From a virus: a stretch of DNA of 64,000 nt. Below are positions 17,811 through 26,990 of this stretch, one piece after another (position 1 is the stretch's first letter; every line of letters begins with the position of its first letter). A program made the translations under genes and the position numbers. The stretch is taken from the IMG/VR virus record IMGVR_UViG_3300032242_002717, positions 1 through 64,000 of that record; one strand, given 5' to 3'. Below the pieces are notes generated by a model, which was not told the origin of the DNA, searched no databases, and saw only the letters and a program-made list of their open reading frames with translations.

Positions 17811-18155
17811 GTGAGAATGGAACGTGTTTTGTTGGTTCTTGCTATTGCCATCGTTACTATCTCTGCAATTACAGCAATAGCTTTTTTGGTCACTTCACAT
17901 AAAGAGGTGCTAGAAGTGTCAAAGTTTTCTTCGATTATTTCTCAGTTGAATTCGACTCACGAAGCGTATTGTTTGTCAATGACAAAAAAGCTTGATGAGA
18001 TCGTAAGCCAGAACTCTTCTCTTTCTTCGCAGATCGAAGAGCTTAAGGCGAAACTTGCGGAAGCTCCAAACGAGTCAGACTATGCAGTGCTTCAGTCTTT
18101 GGTTGACAAGATGAACGCTGCAATATCGGGTTCAAACTTACCACCGTCTCCATGA
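17811..18155 (+). CDS. Membrane-anchored coiled-coil protein
   Basis: N-terminal TM and coiled coil. Confidence 0.55.
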   Translation: MRMERVLLVLAIAIVTISAITAIAFLVTSHKEVLEVSKFSSIISQLNSTHEAYCLSMTKKLDEIVSQNSSLSSQIEELKAKLAEAPNESDYAVLQSLVDKMNAAISGSNLPPSP

Positions 18156-18189
18156 CGTTCGGCAGCGTATCTCGTAATGCTCTAATGGC

Positions 18190-18987
18190 TTGAGCCTCCT
18201 TTGCGAGTTGTTACCTCAAAGGTTGAGTTTAATGTGGGTTCGACTCCCATCGCTGCCATTGCGGTTTGCCGATTCTCATGGCCGTAGGATTTATTTTAAC
18301 TTGATTACCATGTATGGCACTCAAGAGGGATGGAGCTTTCCAACTCTTGATATTAATATGGCGGCAAGGCCAAGCGACATCGTTTTGCCTTGGATTAAAT
18401 GGGGAGAAAACAGGTCTCAAATTAAATATCCTGGGAGATCTGCCCATTTCTATGCCTGGGACTTTATTTTCAGGGCGTTGCAAAAACATCCAGAAAAATT
18501 GATTTCAAGCCAATTTTCAGTTGCGATTGAACCAAACTTTTCTACTTGGGATAGACAACCTTCGATTGAAGCCTTGTGGACAATATACAGAAAACGAAAA
18601 ATAGCAAAATGGTGGCAGTCCAAGGGGTGCAAGCTAATCGTTGATCTGAATGTGTCTGACTGGCTACTTAAGTCCGGGATTGGATTGTGGGGAGTTCCGA
18701 AAGGCTGGCCATGCTACGCGACCAGATTTCATGGCGATTCAACAATTGATGAGATTGAAGCGAAATACGGATTTGCTGAAAAGCATTCTGATTCAAAGCC
18801 TGAAATGTTTTGGGTGTTTGGTGGAGGGCCAGCGGTTAAGTCGCACTGCCAAGCCAGGGGCTGGCTATGGAGCAAAGCTAGATGTTCTTGGAGAAACAGG
18901 GACGAACTGTTTGAAACAAAGAAGCTTGAAAAGATCAGTTCAGAGTTGAGTTGCGACTGGGCCGAACTTCCATGGAGTCCTCAGTAA
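18190..18987 (+). CDS. DUF4417-like protein
   Basis: HFYAWDFIF, EPNFS, WTIYRKR...WWQSKG; likely start downstream at MYGTQ. Confidence 0.7.
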   Translation: MSLLCELLPQRLSLMWVRLPSLPLRFADSHGRRIYFNLITMYGTQEGWSFPTLDINMAARPSDIVLPWIKWGENRSQIKYPGRSAHFYAWDFIFRALQKHPEKLISSQFSVAIEPNFSTWDRQPSIEALWTIYRKRKIAKWWQSKGCKLIVDLNVSDWLLKSGIGLWGVPKGWPCYATRFHGDSTIDEIEAKYGFAEKHSDSKPEMFWVFGGGPAVKSHCQARGWLWSKARCSWRNRDELFETKKLEKISSELSCDWAELPWSPQ

Positions 18988-19610
18988 TGGGAAGCGGAGG
19001 ATCTGGCAGCAAATCCAAACGCACTGGGCTAAAGGCTCAGCAAAGGCCAACTCCTGAAAGCGGAAGCCCAAACAGTTGGGACGATTCAAGTCGCGTTCCT
19101 TTGTCGAAAATGAAAGAAATCTACAAAAACAGGTTAAATACAGACATACTCGGAAGACTTGGGCACGAAAGCACGCCTAAATACAAGGAAGTAGCCGCAA
19201 GAATTGAAAAGATAGCTCGGGAACAAAAGCAATGGAATTCGAAAATAAAGACTAATGTTGTTCCTATTTCGAAAATTAGGATCGAATTAGCAAAAGAAGG
19301 AATTGTTTTAAGTAAAAAGCAATTTGACAGAATCGTTTTAGACTCGATACACAATAAAAGATATGGTGCTTCTTCGTTGTATTTAGTTAAAACAAAAACA
19401 AAACCAAAGCTTTTTAGTTCAAGATCGCAAATGGTCAGAAATGTTCAAGCAACAGGAAAGAATAAATACATATCGCGTCTTGAAGAAGAAAAGTCTAGAG
19501 CTATCATGAGATTAGATTCGAAGAGATATGAACAAACCTCCAAAGAGATTAGAAATTGGAAGCAAAGTGGAAACACTGAAGTCTCTTATTATTCCCATGT
19601 AGCTTTTTGA
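18987..19610 (+). CDS. Basic hypothetical protein (MGSGGSG start)
   Basis: TAATG coupling with the DUF4417-like gene. Confidence 0.6.
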   Translation: MGSGGSGSKSKRTGLKAQQRPTPESGSPNSWDDSSRVPLSKMKEIYKNRLNTDILGRLGHESTPKYKEVAARIEKIAREQKQWNSKIKTNVVPISKIRIELAKEGIVLSKKQFDRIVLDSIHNKRYGASSLYLVKTKTKPKLFSSRSQMVRNVQATGKNKYISRLEEEKSRAIMRLDSKRYEQTSKEIRNWKQSGNTEVSYYSHVAF

Positions 19611-19637
19611 AAATTGAGCATATAGCGCAAGCAAAAA

Positions 19638-22600
19638 ATGGCAGACGACCAACTAACGCAAAAACAGAGAGCATTAGCAGAACTTGAGCTTCGTCGTCGG
19701 GAGACGATCAAGAATCTCGGTCCTGTTTTTGATTGGTATGGAAAACCGTGTTTTTGCAAAGAGTATGATGCGGAAAAGCAGAATTGCAAAAAGCATCCAA
19801 GAGCATTGCCTCATCAAAGGCCACCTGATGGAATTGATTGGCTAACATGGATGATGCTTGCCGGTCGATCAAGCGGAAAAACCCGAGCGTCCGCTGAGTG
19901 GATTCGCTACAAGGTTGAATCTCATGCAGCAAAAGGCGAGCAGATAAGAATTGCGCTGGTGAACGAGACGGTTAGTGAAGTTCGTCGAGTGCAAATCGAG
20001 GGTGCATCGGGATTGTTGGCGGTATCTCCGCCTTGGTTTATGCCCGTCTATATACCTTCAAAAGCTGAAGTTGTATGGCCCAACGGATCTGTGGCTTACA
20101 TATTTTCAGGCGAACAGCCAGACCAACTCCGAGGACCGCAACATCACTATGCATGGTGCTTGCCTGGGTGGACTCAAGTCCTTATGGGCGATGGCACGGA
20201 AAAGCCAATCTCTGACGTTGCCATCGGCGATAAGGTGATGACAAGAGCCGGTGCAAGGACGGTTACGGCATCAATGATGACTCGTCGTTCGGCTCAATGT
20301 CTGACTATGACTTTATCAGATGGAAGAACCCTGACGGCGACCGCAGAACATCCTGTTTACATCGAAGGTCGTGGATTTGTTCCTCTTGGGCAATTAAAAC
20401 CAGGAATGCTTGTATGTGCGATAGATGCATCGTTCACGATGGAGTCTCTTATCACGTCTGGGCAAAAGGATACTACGAGACAAGAATCCGACTTCATCGT
20501 GTCATATGGCAGCAAGCATTTGGGCCAATCCCCAAGGGATTTGACGTCCACCACAAGAACGGCAACAAACTCGACAATCGAATTGAAAACCTTGAATTGC
20601 TTCTCAAGGCAGAGCATAGCAGATACCACTTTGCCATTCATATCACGCCCAACGTCAGAAAAAAAGCGGCAGAAAGATCAGTTGCCAAAATGCATCAAAG
20701 GCGGAATGCCAACGAACAAGTCGTTCGTATTTGTGCGATGTGCAAAGGCGAGTACACTAGCAGGTCTTTTACGCCATCTGCTTTCTGCTCGTCGCCATGC
20801 GTGGAAAAAGCAAGGTCTGGTGGATTCGCAGGCGAAAGCAGGATTTGCTCGCATTGCGGAGCGACTTATACAGCATACAGGAGATGCCACAAGTATTGCT
20901 CAAAGAATTGCAACAACCGTGCATCGCAAGTGCGATATGCGAATAAGGAATCGCTTCTCAAGACAGTTAAATGCGAACAATGCAGCAAAGAGTTTGACAG
21001 CAGGCGAATTAACGCAAGGTTCTGCTCAAGACCTTGTTCCCTTAACTACCACGCTCGAAATTCAAAGCGTACAACCTTGTCGGACGCTACTAGACGTCTA
21101 CGATCTAACGGTTGACAAAGAACACGAATTTTTCGCAAACCGTTTACTGGTAAGGAATTGCGATGAATTGTGCCTAACTCCAGACACCATAATAACTTGC
21201 GCCGATTTTGATAAGCCGATATCTCAAGTAGTTCCAGGCGACATGGTGTTGACTCGTGCTGGTTATCGGCCAGTTGTTGCAGCCTGGAAAACAACAGATT
21301 TAGCCGTTGTGTATCGCCTGACAGCAGACGATGGAAGTTTCATTGTTGGCACTGCCGGGCATCCTGTGTGGGTTGAGGGTGAAGGATGGGTTCCATTAGC
21401 GAATGTGAAGCCGGGCAGCAGACTGAGAAGCCTGACCTCATGCCGTGCGTTGTCTGGGGAGGTCGTCGATGGTGGCTCAATGGCCCATACTACATGTCAC
21501 GAGAAGGAAAATTGCTTCATAGGGCGATTTACGCAGAACATCATGGGCCAATCCCGAAGAACATGGACATTCACCATAAAGACTTTTGCAAAACTAATAA
21601 CGCAATTGAAAACCTTGAGGCGCTTACGAGAAGTGATCACCTCAAGTCTCATAGGATCGTTGGCTGGCCAGGTCCACCAAAGAAAGAGCTTGAACGCAGG
21701 TTCCGGCCTTGGCATTGCCGAGAGCCTGTTTCGTATACATGTAAGTGGTGCAACAAACAGTTTGTCAGCAAAGCTACATATGCATACTACTGCTCCAAAG
21801 AATGCAGAAATAGGTACGTCTGGCACATTGGCACAGATAGCGGGCCTTCAGCCAAGTCAAAGCGAATTCGAGGCAAGATATCTGAGGGAACTCGAAAGCC
21901 ATACAAAACAAAGAAACCAGAAGGCTGGAAGCCAAAAGAGAGGCCGGTCAAGCCTTTGCCTGAGTGCGTTATCTGCAAAACACAGTTTGCGGCCAAAGAC
22001 AGTCGCGGCGTTACATGCGGTTTTGAATGCGGGTGGTCACTACGAAAAAAGCGTTGGGCCGAGAAGCGTGAGCGTGGAGAGGCTTCCCGAAAGAAGTCCG
22101 GTGTATAACATTGAGGTCGAAGGGGAACACGAGTATTTCGCCAACGGTATCCTAACTCATAATTGCAAATGGTCAAAAGCCCAAGCGCAGGTTTGGGATA
22201 ATCTTCTTCTGGGCATGCGTCTTGGCAATAATCCTCAAATTGTTGTGTCTACTACGCCCCAGCCAACGCCAACCCTCCGGGCCATAATTGCAGACAAATT
22301 TACTAAAATATCGAAAGCTTCTACCTATGCCAACCGAAACAATCTTCCAGAAAAGTTCTTTGAAAGCGTAGTAAACAAATACGAGGGTACGAGAATCGGT
22401 CGCCAGGAGTTACATGCTGAGGTTTTGCTTCAGAATCAGAATGCTCTTTGGAATCAAGCTCAAATCGATTCTTTGCGAGTCAGGTCTGTTCCCTATGGGG
22501 TCGAACTTAAAAGGATAGCGGTTGGAGTAGACCCTGCTGGCAAAATATCGGAGATGGCAAAGTTTGTTCATGGCATGCCAACGGAGTCTGGATCGGGCGA

Positions 22601-23066
22601 CGAGGCGGGTGTCGTGGTAGCTGGACTTGGCACTGATGGGCACGGATATATTTTGGGCGACCATTCTACAGGCGGGTCTCCTTCGTCTTGGGGAAAGGCT
22701 GTAGGCGAAGCTTACCATAGGCATCAGGCCAACGTGGTTGTCTGGGAGTCTAATCACGGTGGCGATACGGTGCGAGATGTGATTCTAACGGTCGATCCGA
22801 ACATTGTTCAAAAGCGAGTTCATGCTAGTCGGTCCAAGTACGTTCGGGCCGAGCCTATTGGAGCATTATCTGAGCAAGGCAAAATTCACATAGTCGGCGA
22901 ACTACCACAACTCGAATCTGAAATGTGCGAGTTTGAGCCAGGTGGACCGTCTCCAAACAGGCTCGATGCAATGGTGTTTGCTCTTACAGACCTCATGATT
23001 CAGATCGAAGAAGAAGACAAACAAGAGCTTCCATTTAACAGAATTAGCATCAAGGGGCTTTTTTAA
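19638..23066 (+). CDS. terL: Terminase large subunit precursor with two inteins (mature ~477 aa)
   Basis: Walker A GRSSGKT; spliced Walker B AW-CDEL-CKW; coupling STTP; nuclease VGVDPA...SPNRLDA. Confidence 0.95.
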   Translation: MADDQLTQKQRALAELELRRRETIKNLGPVFDWYGKPCFCKEYDAEKQNCKKHPRALPHQRPPDGIDWLTWMMLAGRSSGKTRASAEWIRYKVESHAAKGEQIRIALVNETVSEVRRVQIEGASGLLAVSPPWFMPVYIPSKAEVVWPNGSVAYIFSGEQPDQLRGPQHHYAWCLPGWTQVLMGDGTEKPISDVAIGDKVMTRAGARTVTASMMTRRSAQCLTMTLSDGRTLTATAEHPVYIEGRGFVPLGQLKPGMLVCAIDASFTMESLITSGQKDTTRQESDFIVSYGSKHLGQSPRDLTSTTRTATNSTIELKTLNCFSRQSIADTTLPFISRPTSEKKRQKDQLPKCIKGGMPTNKSFVFVRCAKASTLAGLLRHLLSARRHAWKKQGLVDSQAKAGFARIAERLIQHTGDATSIAQRIATTVHRKCDMRIRNRFSRQLNANNAAKSLTAGELTQGSAQDLVPLTTTLEIQSVQPCRTLLDVYDLTVDKEHEFFANRLLVRNCDELCLTPDTIITCADFDKPISQVVPGDMVLTRAGYRPVVAAWKTTDLAVVYRLTADDGSFIVGTAGHPVWVEGEGWVPLANVKPGSRLRSLTSCRALSGEVVDGGSMAHTTCHEKENCFIGRFTQNIMGQSRRTWTFTIKTFAKLITQLKTLRRLREVITSSLIGSLAGQVHQRKSLNAGSGLGIAESLFRIHVSGATNSLSAKLHMHTTAPKNAEIGTSGTLAQIAGLQPSQSEFEARYLRELESHTKQRNQKAGSQKRGRSSLCLSALSAKHSLRPKTVAALHAVLNAGGHYEKSVGPRSVSVERLPERSPVYNIEVEGEHEYFANGILTHNCKWSKAQAQVWDNLLLGMRLGNNPQIVVSTTPQPTPTLRAIIADKFTKISKASTYANRNNLPEKFFESVVNKYEGTRIGRQELHAEVLLQNQNALWNQAQIDSLRVRSVPYGVELKRIAVGVDPAGKISEMAKFVHGMPTESGSGDEAGVVVAGLGTDGHGYILGDHSTGGSPSSWGKAVGEAYHRHQANVVVWESNHGGDTVRDVILTVDPNIVQKRVHASRSKYVRAEPIGALSEQGKIHIVGELPQLESEMCEFEPGGPSPNRLDAMVFALTDLMIQIEEEDKQELPFNRISIKGLF
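20157..21158 (+). mobile_element. Intein 1 (334 aa)
   Basis: Block A CLPGWTQV, block B TAEHPV, block F VYDLTV..HEFFAN, ends LVRN before Cys+1. Confidence 0.92.
20414..21115 (+). CDS. HNH endonuclease with three Zn-finger repeats, overlapping intein 1 in the -1 frame
   Basis: RLHRVIW...DVHHKNGNKLDNRIENL; CxxC..F/YCS..C x3; AGGA 8 nt before ATG 20414 (ORF open from 20297). Confidence 0.88.
   Translation: MCDRCIVHDGVSYHVWAKGYYETRIRLHRVIWQQAFGPIPKGFDVHHKNGNKLDNRIENLELLLKAEHSRYHFAIHITPNVRKKAAERSVAKMHQRRNANEQVVRICAMCKGEYTSRSFTPSAFCSSPCVEKARSGGFAGESRICSHCGATYTAYRRCHKYCSKNCNNRASQVRYANKESLLKTVKCEQCSKEFDSRRINARFCSRPCSLNYHARNSKRTTLSDATRRLRSNG
21171..22163 (+). mobile_element. Intein 2 (331 aa)
   Basis: Block A CLTPDT, block B TAGHPV, block F VYNIEV..HEYFAN, ends THN before Cys+1. 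Confidence 0.93.
21386..22108 (+). CDS. HNH endonuclease with Zn-finger repeats, overlapping intein 2 in the -1 frame
   Basis: LLHRAIY...DIHHKDFCKTNNAIENL; two CxxC..C..C fingers; GAGG 7 nt before ATG 21386. Confidence 0.88.
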   Translation: MGSISECEAGQQTEKPDLMPCVVWGGRRWWLNGPYYMSREGKLLHRAIYAEHHGPIPKNMDIHHKDFCKTNNAIENLEALTRSDHLKSHRIVGWPGPPKKELERRFRPWHCREPVSYTCKWCNKQFVSKATYAYYCSKECRNRYVWHIGTDSGPSAKSKRIRGKISEGTRKPYKTKKPEGWKPKERPVKPLPECVICKTQFAAKDSRGVTCGFECGWSLRKKRWAEKRERGEASRKKSGV

Positions 23067-24854
23067 ATGCCAGCGAACACGCCTTCGGCAACAACCAATG
23101 CTTTAAAAGAAAACCTTGAAATTATTCAAAGGCGTTCTCGGGAATATCTTGAGCATGTTGACAGATGGAATTTTCTTCTTGATTCTCTAGAGGGTGGCAA
23201 TCGTTACAGGTTTGCGACCTATGGTGAATTCCCATACGAATACAGTTATCAGAGAGTGGTCCCAGGTGCTGCTGCTGCCAGACCTGAAAGAACAATTGCA
23301 AACGTCTATAGGATTCAGCTTCGACGATACAATCTGATCCGTCACCCAAGAGAATATCCCGATCCACGCGACGACGCTCCGGCTGTAGACCCATTTGAGC
23401 TTCGCAGGGAAAGAACTCCGGTCCCAATTTATGTGCAAAGATCTGTTGAGAAGCATCTTAGCCGAATCTATGCGCAGGAAGTCGGAAGAGACGGTCCTGA
23501 TAACATAAAACTCTGGTGGAAGAATGTCGATGGATGCGGATCAAACATCGATCATTGGATGGCGAACGAATTCGCTCCAATGTTCCTTGTTTTGGGGCAA
23601 CTAGACTTAGTATTCGATCATCCTCAAGCTCCTGCTGGAGTAAAAATCAGAACTAAGGCCGATGAGAAGAAGTACGGGTTAGACAAGTGTGTAGTTTCTT
23701 ACTACTTGCCTGAGAACGTGCTTTGGTGGAAGCTTTATCCAAATCGACAATATCAGGAAGTGGTTGTAAGGGAGCTTGTTGATCAAGATGCTACGATTCA
23801 GCAGTCGTATGTAAGGCTGCAATTCAAGTGGAATTATCGACATTGGAGAGAAGACGGATGGACTTTGTATTCGGACGAGGGTCTTGAGCTTGATTCCGGC
23901 ACATATTCCTATGGAAGACCTCCGATGGTTCGGATCTTCGATAGAAAGAAGCCAAGGTGCAAGAATGTTGGTCAAAGTAGATATGAGTCAATAGCTGAGC
24001 GACAAAGAGAAGTCTATAACTTAAGCTCAGAGTTGATTCTCGCAAATACTACGCAAGCTTTTCCCATGCTCCAGGGACCAGAAAAGTATTTGGCTGGAGA
24101 CAATACGATTCCCGTTGGACCAGAACGTATACTTCCAATTTGGTCAAACAAAGATGGTAGCAACCACCACGGTTGGTCGGTTGTGGATTTTCCTAAAACT
24201 GGCGTTGATTTCATACAGAAGACAATAGAAGACCAGAGAAGAGAGGCCGACCGCGAAGCGGCACTTTCTGGATCATCTGACAACGCAGTTTCTGCTGCTG
24301 CAAAAGCTTTCGACTTTAGAGAAGGAAATGACTTACTGTCCAGCATTGCTGGAGTATTGGGTAAGGCAGAGCAAACAATATCGCAATATGCATTGTGGGT
24401 TCTCTCTAATGGAGAGCAGACCCCAATGGGAGATCAGGGTGAAGACGAAATCAATATCACCTACCCAAGAAAGTTTGATTTGCAGACAGCCGACCAAATT
24501 ATTCAGGTAATGAGCAGGCTTCAGCAAGTTGTCATGGGTGCTGGATGCCTTCCAAAAGCGGAAGCCGATTATCTAAAAACATCTGTAAGGCTTTCTCTTC
24601 CAGGTCGAACAGATGAAGAATACGAAGTGTTTAACAATGAGATAGACGAGTGGATTGACTACAAACACAATGTAATGCCAACAATCATTCTTCCGCCTGG
24701 ATCTCCAGGAGTAATTGGTCCAGGAGGCGGAGGCATTGCAGATAAAGGCGGAACCGATAAGCTTTTGGCACCTTCAGCACCTGCTGCACAAATACCAACA
24801 AGAAGTCTGGACATCGAAGACATTATTGATGGTCCTTCGGGTCCATCGATGTAA
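23067..24854 (+). CDS. Portal protein
   Basis: Directly after terL, 595 aa, synteny. Confidence 0.75.
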   Translation: MPANTPSATTNALKENLEIIQRRSREYLEHVDRWNFLLDSLEGGNRYRFATYGEFPYEYSYQRVVPGAAAARPERTIANVYRIQLRRYNLIRHPREYPDPRDDAPAVDPFELRRERTPVPIYVQRSVEKHLSRIYAQEVGRDGPDNIKLWWKNVDGCGSNIDHWMANEFAPMFLVLGQLDLVFDHPQAPAGVKIRTKADEKKYGLDKCVVSYYLPENVLWWKLYPNRQYQEVVVRELVDQDATIQQSYVRLQFKWNYRHWREDGWTLYSDEGLELDSGTYSYGRPPMVRIFDRKKPRCKNVGQSRYESIAERQREVYNLSSELILANTTQAFPMLQGPEKYLAGDNTIPVGPERILPIWSNKDGSNHHGWSVVDFPKTGVDFIQKTIEDQRREADREAALSGSSDNAVSAAAKAFDFREGNDLLSSIAGVLGKAEQTISQYALWVLSNGEQTPMGDQGEDEINITYPRKFDLQTADQIIQVMSRLQQVVMGAGCLPKAEADYLKTSVRLSLPGRTDEEYEVFNNEIDEWIDYKHNVMPTIILPPGSPGVIGPGGGGIADKGGTDKLLAPSAPAAQIPTRSLDIEDIIDGPSGPSM

Positions 24855-24927
24855 TGTTCCGTTTTGAGTTCACTGTCGATGGCGAGGTTCTGTTACCACG
24901 CCATTCCTTTTTCGTTATGTTTAACAT

Positions 24928-25755
24928 GTGAGGATAGCCTTGACAACCGGCGAAACAAAGCAAAATATGCCAGAACAACCTTCTCAGACGGCAACCGCAA
25001 GTCAGTCCGCACCGACTTTTGAAACGAATACAAACACTGGAGGAACTCAGCTTAAAGCCGAGTTTGATCCGGTGCAAATTGCGAAGCTTGCTCAAGAAAA
25101 CAAGATGTTGCAGGAGCAAATCGCAAAATTCGAGTCCGAGAAGGCTGTTGCAATTGAGCGAGAACGCAAGTCTGCTCTTGAACAGATCGCTGCAAAAGAT
25201 GGTGCCGCCAAGGCAATTGAAGAGCAGTTCCGAGTGTTCAAGGAAGAGCAAGAAAACAACAAAGTTAAGATGGAAGAGATTCTTCGCAAGGCTCAAGAAG
25301 AGTCTACTGCGAAGTGGAAAACCGAAGCTGAGCGTGCCGACAAGATTGAGCAAGTTTACCTTTCTGAAAAGAAGGAAAACGTCATCAATCGAGCGATTGA
25401 CGGGAAAGAGTTTGTTTCCGCTGCTGCCGAACGGCAGGTTCGCAAGCTTCTTGAAGACAGGTTTGATGTATCGCGCGATGATAAGGGTTCTGTGACCGTC
25501 AGAGACAGGGTCAATGGAAAATACGCATCAGACGTAATTCCAGAACTTCTTGCCACGGAAGATTTTGAACATTTCTTGAAGCCATCGACTCGCGGTGGTG
25601 CCGGTGTCTCCAACAATGGGGCCGGTAGAGAGCCTTCCAATTCGGCGTCTTACGCGAAAGATGATCCGCTGGCTTCCTTGTGGGAAGCAGCTAGAGAATC
25701 GATGAATCGCACTGACAGCGCAATTGGCTTTGGTTTTAGGCCGAAGGCAAATTGA
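24928..25755 (+). CDS. Capsid scaffolding protein
   Basis: Coiled coil with C-terminal GGAG motif, between portal and capsid. Confidence 0.7.
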   Translation: MRIALTTGETKQNMPEQPSQTATASQSAPTFETNTNTGGTQLKAEFDPVQIAKLAQENKMLQEQIAKFESEKAVAIERERKSALEQIAAKDGAAKAIEEQFRVFKEEQENNKVKMEEILRKAQEESTAKWKTEAERADKIEQVYLSEKKENVINRAIDGKEFVSAAAERQVRKLLEDRFDVSRDDKGSVTVRDRVNGKYASDVIPELLATEDFEHFLKPSTRGGAGVSNNGAGREPSNSASYAKDDPLASLWEAARESMNRTDSAIGFGFRPKAN

Positions 25756-25795
25756 TTTGCCTGTAATGTCGGATATTTCAAACAGGAGACTTTAA

Positions 25796-26932
25796 ATGGC
25801 TGTTGCTTATCAGGGTCTATTTGGACCCGTTGGGTTTGGGACTGAAACCCAAACCGTGCTGCACCCCTTCTTGCGTGAAATTTTCATTCAAGAAGCACCA
25901 CTCGTGAATCGCTTGCCTCGGCTACAGTCCGAAGGCGAAGTTTTCCAGATGATCACTTATGACGTTCGCCAGCGAACAGGCATGACGCTGACGACCGCAC
26001 TGAGTGACACTACTACCACCACGCTGGTCTTGAACGACGACAGTCGTCTCTTGACTGGCGACGTACTCATGATCGACTCTGAGCGATTTGAGGTCACTAG
26101 CATCACGGCAAACGGTACCAACGTGACTGTGGTTCGTGGTGCTGAAAGCACCACCGCTGCCACGCACAGTTCCGGTGCCCCAGTTACTCTGCTCTACAAT
26201 AGCCGAACTGGTGCTGAAGTTAATCAGGACACCACTCGAAGTCTGAGAAGCGTTACTGAGCAGTACGTCCAGACCTTCCAGTTCCCAGTGCAGATCTCTG
26301 GCAAGGCAAACGCAGTGACGGCAGTGCGTCTTCCTCAAGGCGTGCCAGACATTCTGACTTACGAGCAGAGGACCAAGGCAATCGAGATGCTCCGTGATAT
26401 GGAGTATGCTTGCTATTATGCCGGTGGCCAGAAGCCATATAACATTGGCGACCGAGCAAAAATGAAGGGTCTCAAGACCCTGATCGACTCCGGCAATGTG
26501 ACCACAAACACGGTGTCGAGCTACACGAAGTTCAACTTTATCTCTGATACGTTGAACAAAGCTTTCGCTGGTGGTGGCAACCCAGACATTCTCATCGTTT
26601 CTTCGGACTTTATGACCGGAGTTGCGACCTGGGGATATCCAGTTCAGTTGGACATGAATTATACGCCCACTCTCGGAATTGCATTCAATCAGATTGCTGT
26701 TCCTTTCCTTGGTGCGCCGGTCATGATGATTCCCAGTTACCAGCTTAAGTCTGGTACTGCAATCGCTTTGACTTCAAGCGATGTGAAGATTCGATACCTG
26801 CGTCAAGAAACCTGGATTCCACGAGGTCGTCGCGGTGATGCTTACGAAGGCGATTGGGTAGCTGATATCGCCGTTGAAATCGGCCATCCCAAGTGGCACG
26901 CCTGGCGAGAAGGCATCTCTTCTTTTGCCTGA
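25796..26932 (+). CDS. Major capsid protein (SU10/DUF5309-like) with inserted beta domain
   Basis: AGGAG RBS; QTFQFPVQISG, LRDMEYA, RAKMKGL; followed by terminator. Confidence 0.8.
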   Translation: MAVAYQGLFGPVGFGTETQTVLHPFLREIFIQEAPLVNRLPRLQSEGEVFQMITYDVRQRTGMTLTTALSDTTTTTLVLNDDSRLLTGDVLMIDSERFEVTSITANGTNVTVVRGAESTTAATHSSGAPVTLLYNSRTGAEVNQDTTRSLRSVTEQYVQTFQFPVQISGKANAVTAVRLPQGVPDILTYEQRTKAIEMLRDMEYACYYAGGQKPYNIGDRAKMKGLKTLIDSGNVTTNTVSSYTKFNFISDTLNKAFAGGGNPDILIVSSDFMTGVATWGYPVQLDMNYTPTLGIAFNQIAVPFLGAPVMMIPSYQLKSGTAIALTSSDVKIRYLRQETWIPRGRRGDAYEGDWVADIAVEIGHPKWHAWREGISSFA

Positions 26933-26938
26933 TTTACA

Positions 26939-26976
26939 AAGCACGCAGGAGTATTTCTCCTGCGTGCTTATCTTTT
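26939..26976 (+). terminator. Intrinsic terminator after the capsid gene
   Basis: AAGCACGCAGGAG-TATTT-CTCCTGCGTGCTT then T-rich tail. Confidence 0.8.
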
Positions 26977-26990
26977 ACTTTTGGAATACT

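Noticed and set aside
16744-19610. Terminase small subunit and endolysin
   Set aside because: No ORF with supporting motifs; left unassigned
20297-22108. Programmed frameshift or split-intein reading of the terminase locus
   Set aside because: The terminase frame is continuous and both HNH ORFs have SD-like starts; no slippery heptamer was noticed at their 5' ends, though frameshifting is not excluded
25019-25495. 158-aa alternative-frame ORF inside the scaffold gene
   Set aside because: No domain or RBS, unlike the intein-embedded HNH ORFs; typical shadow
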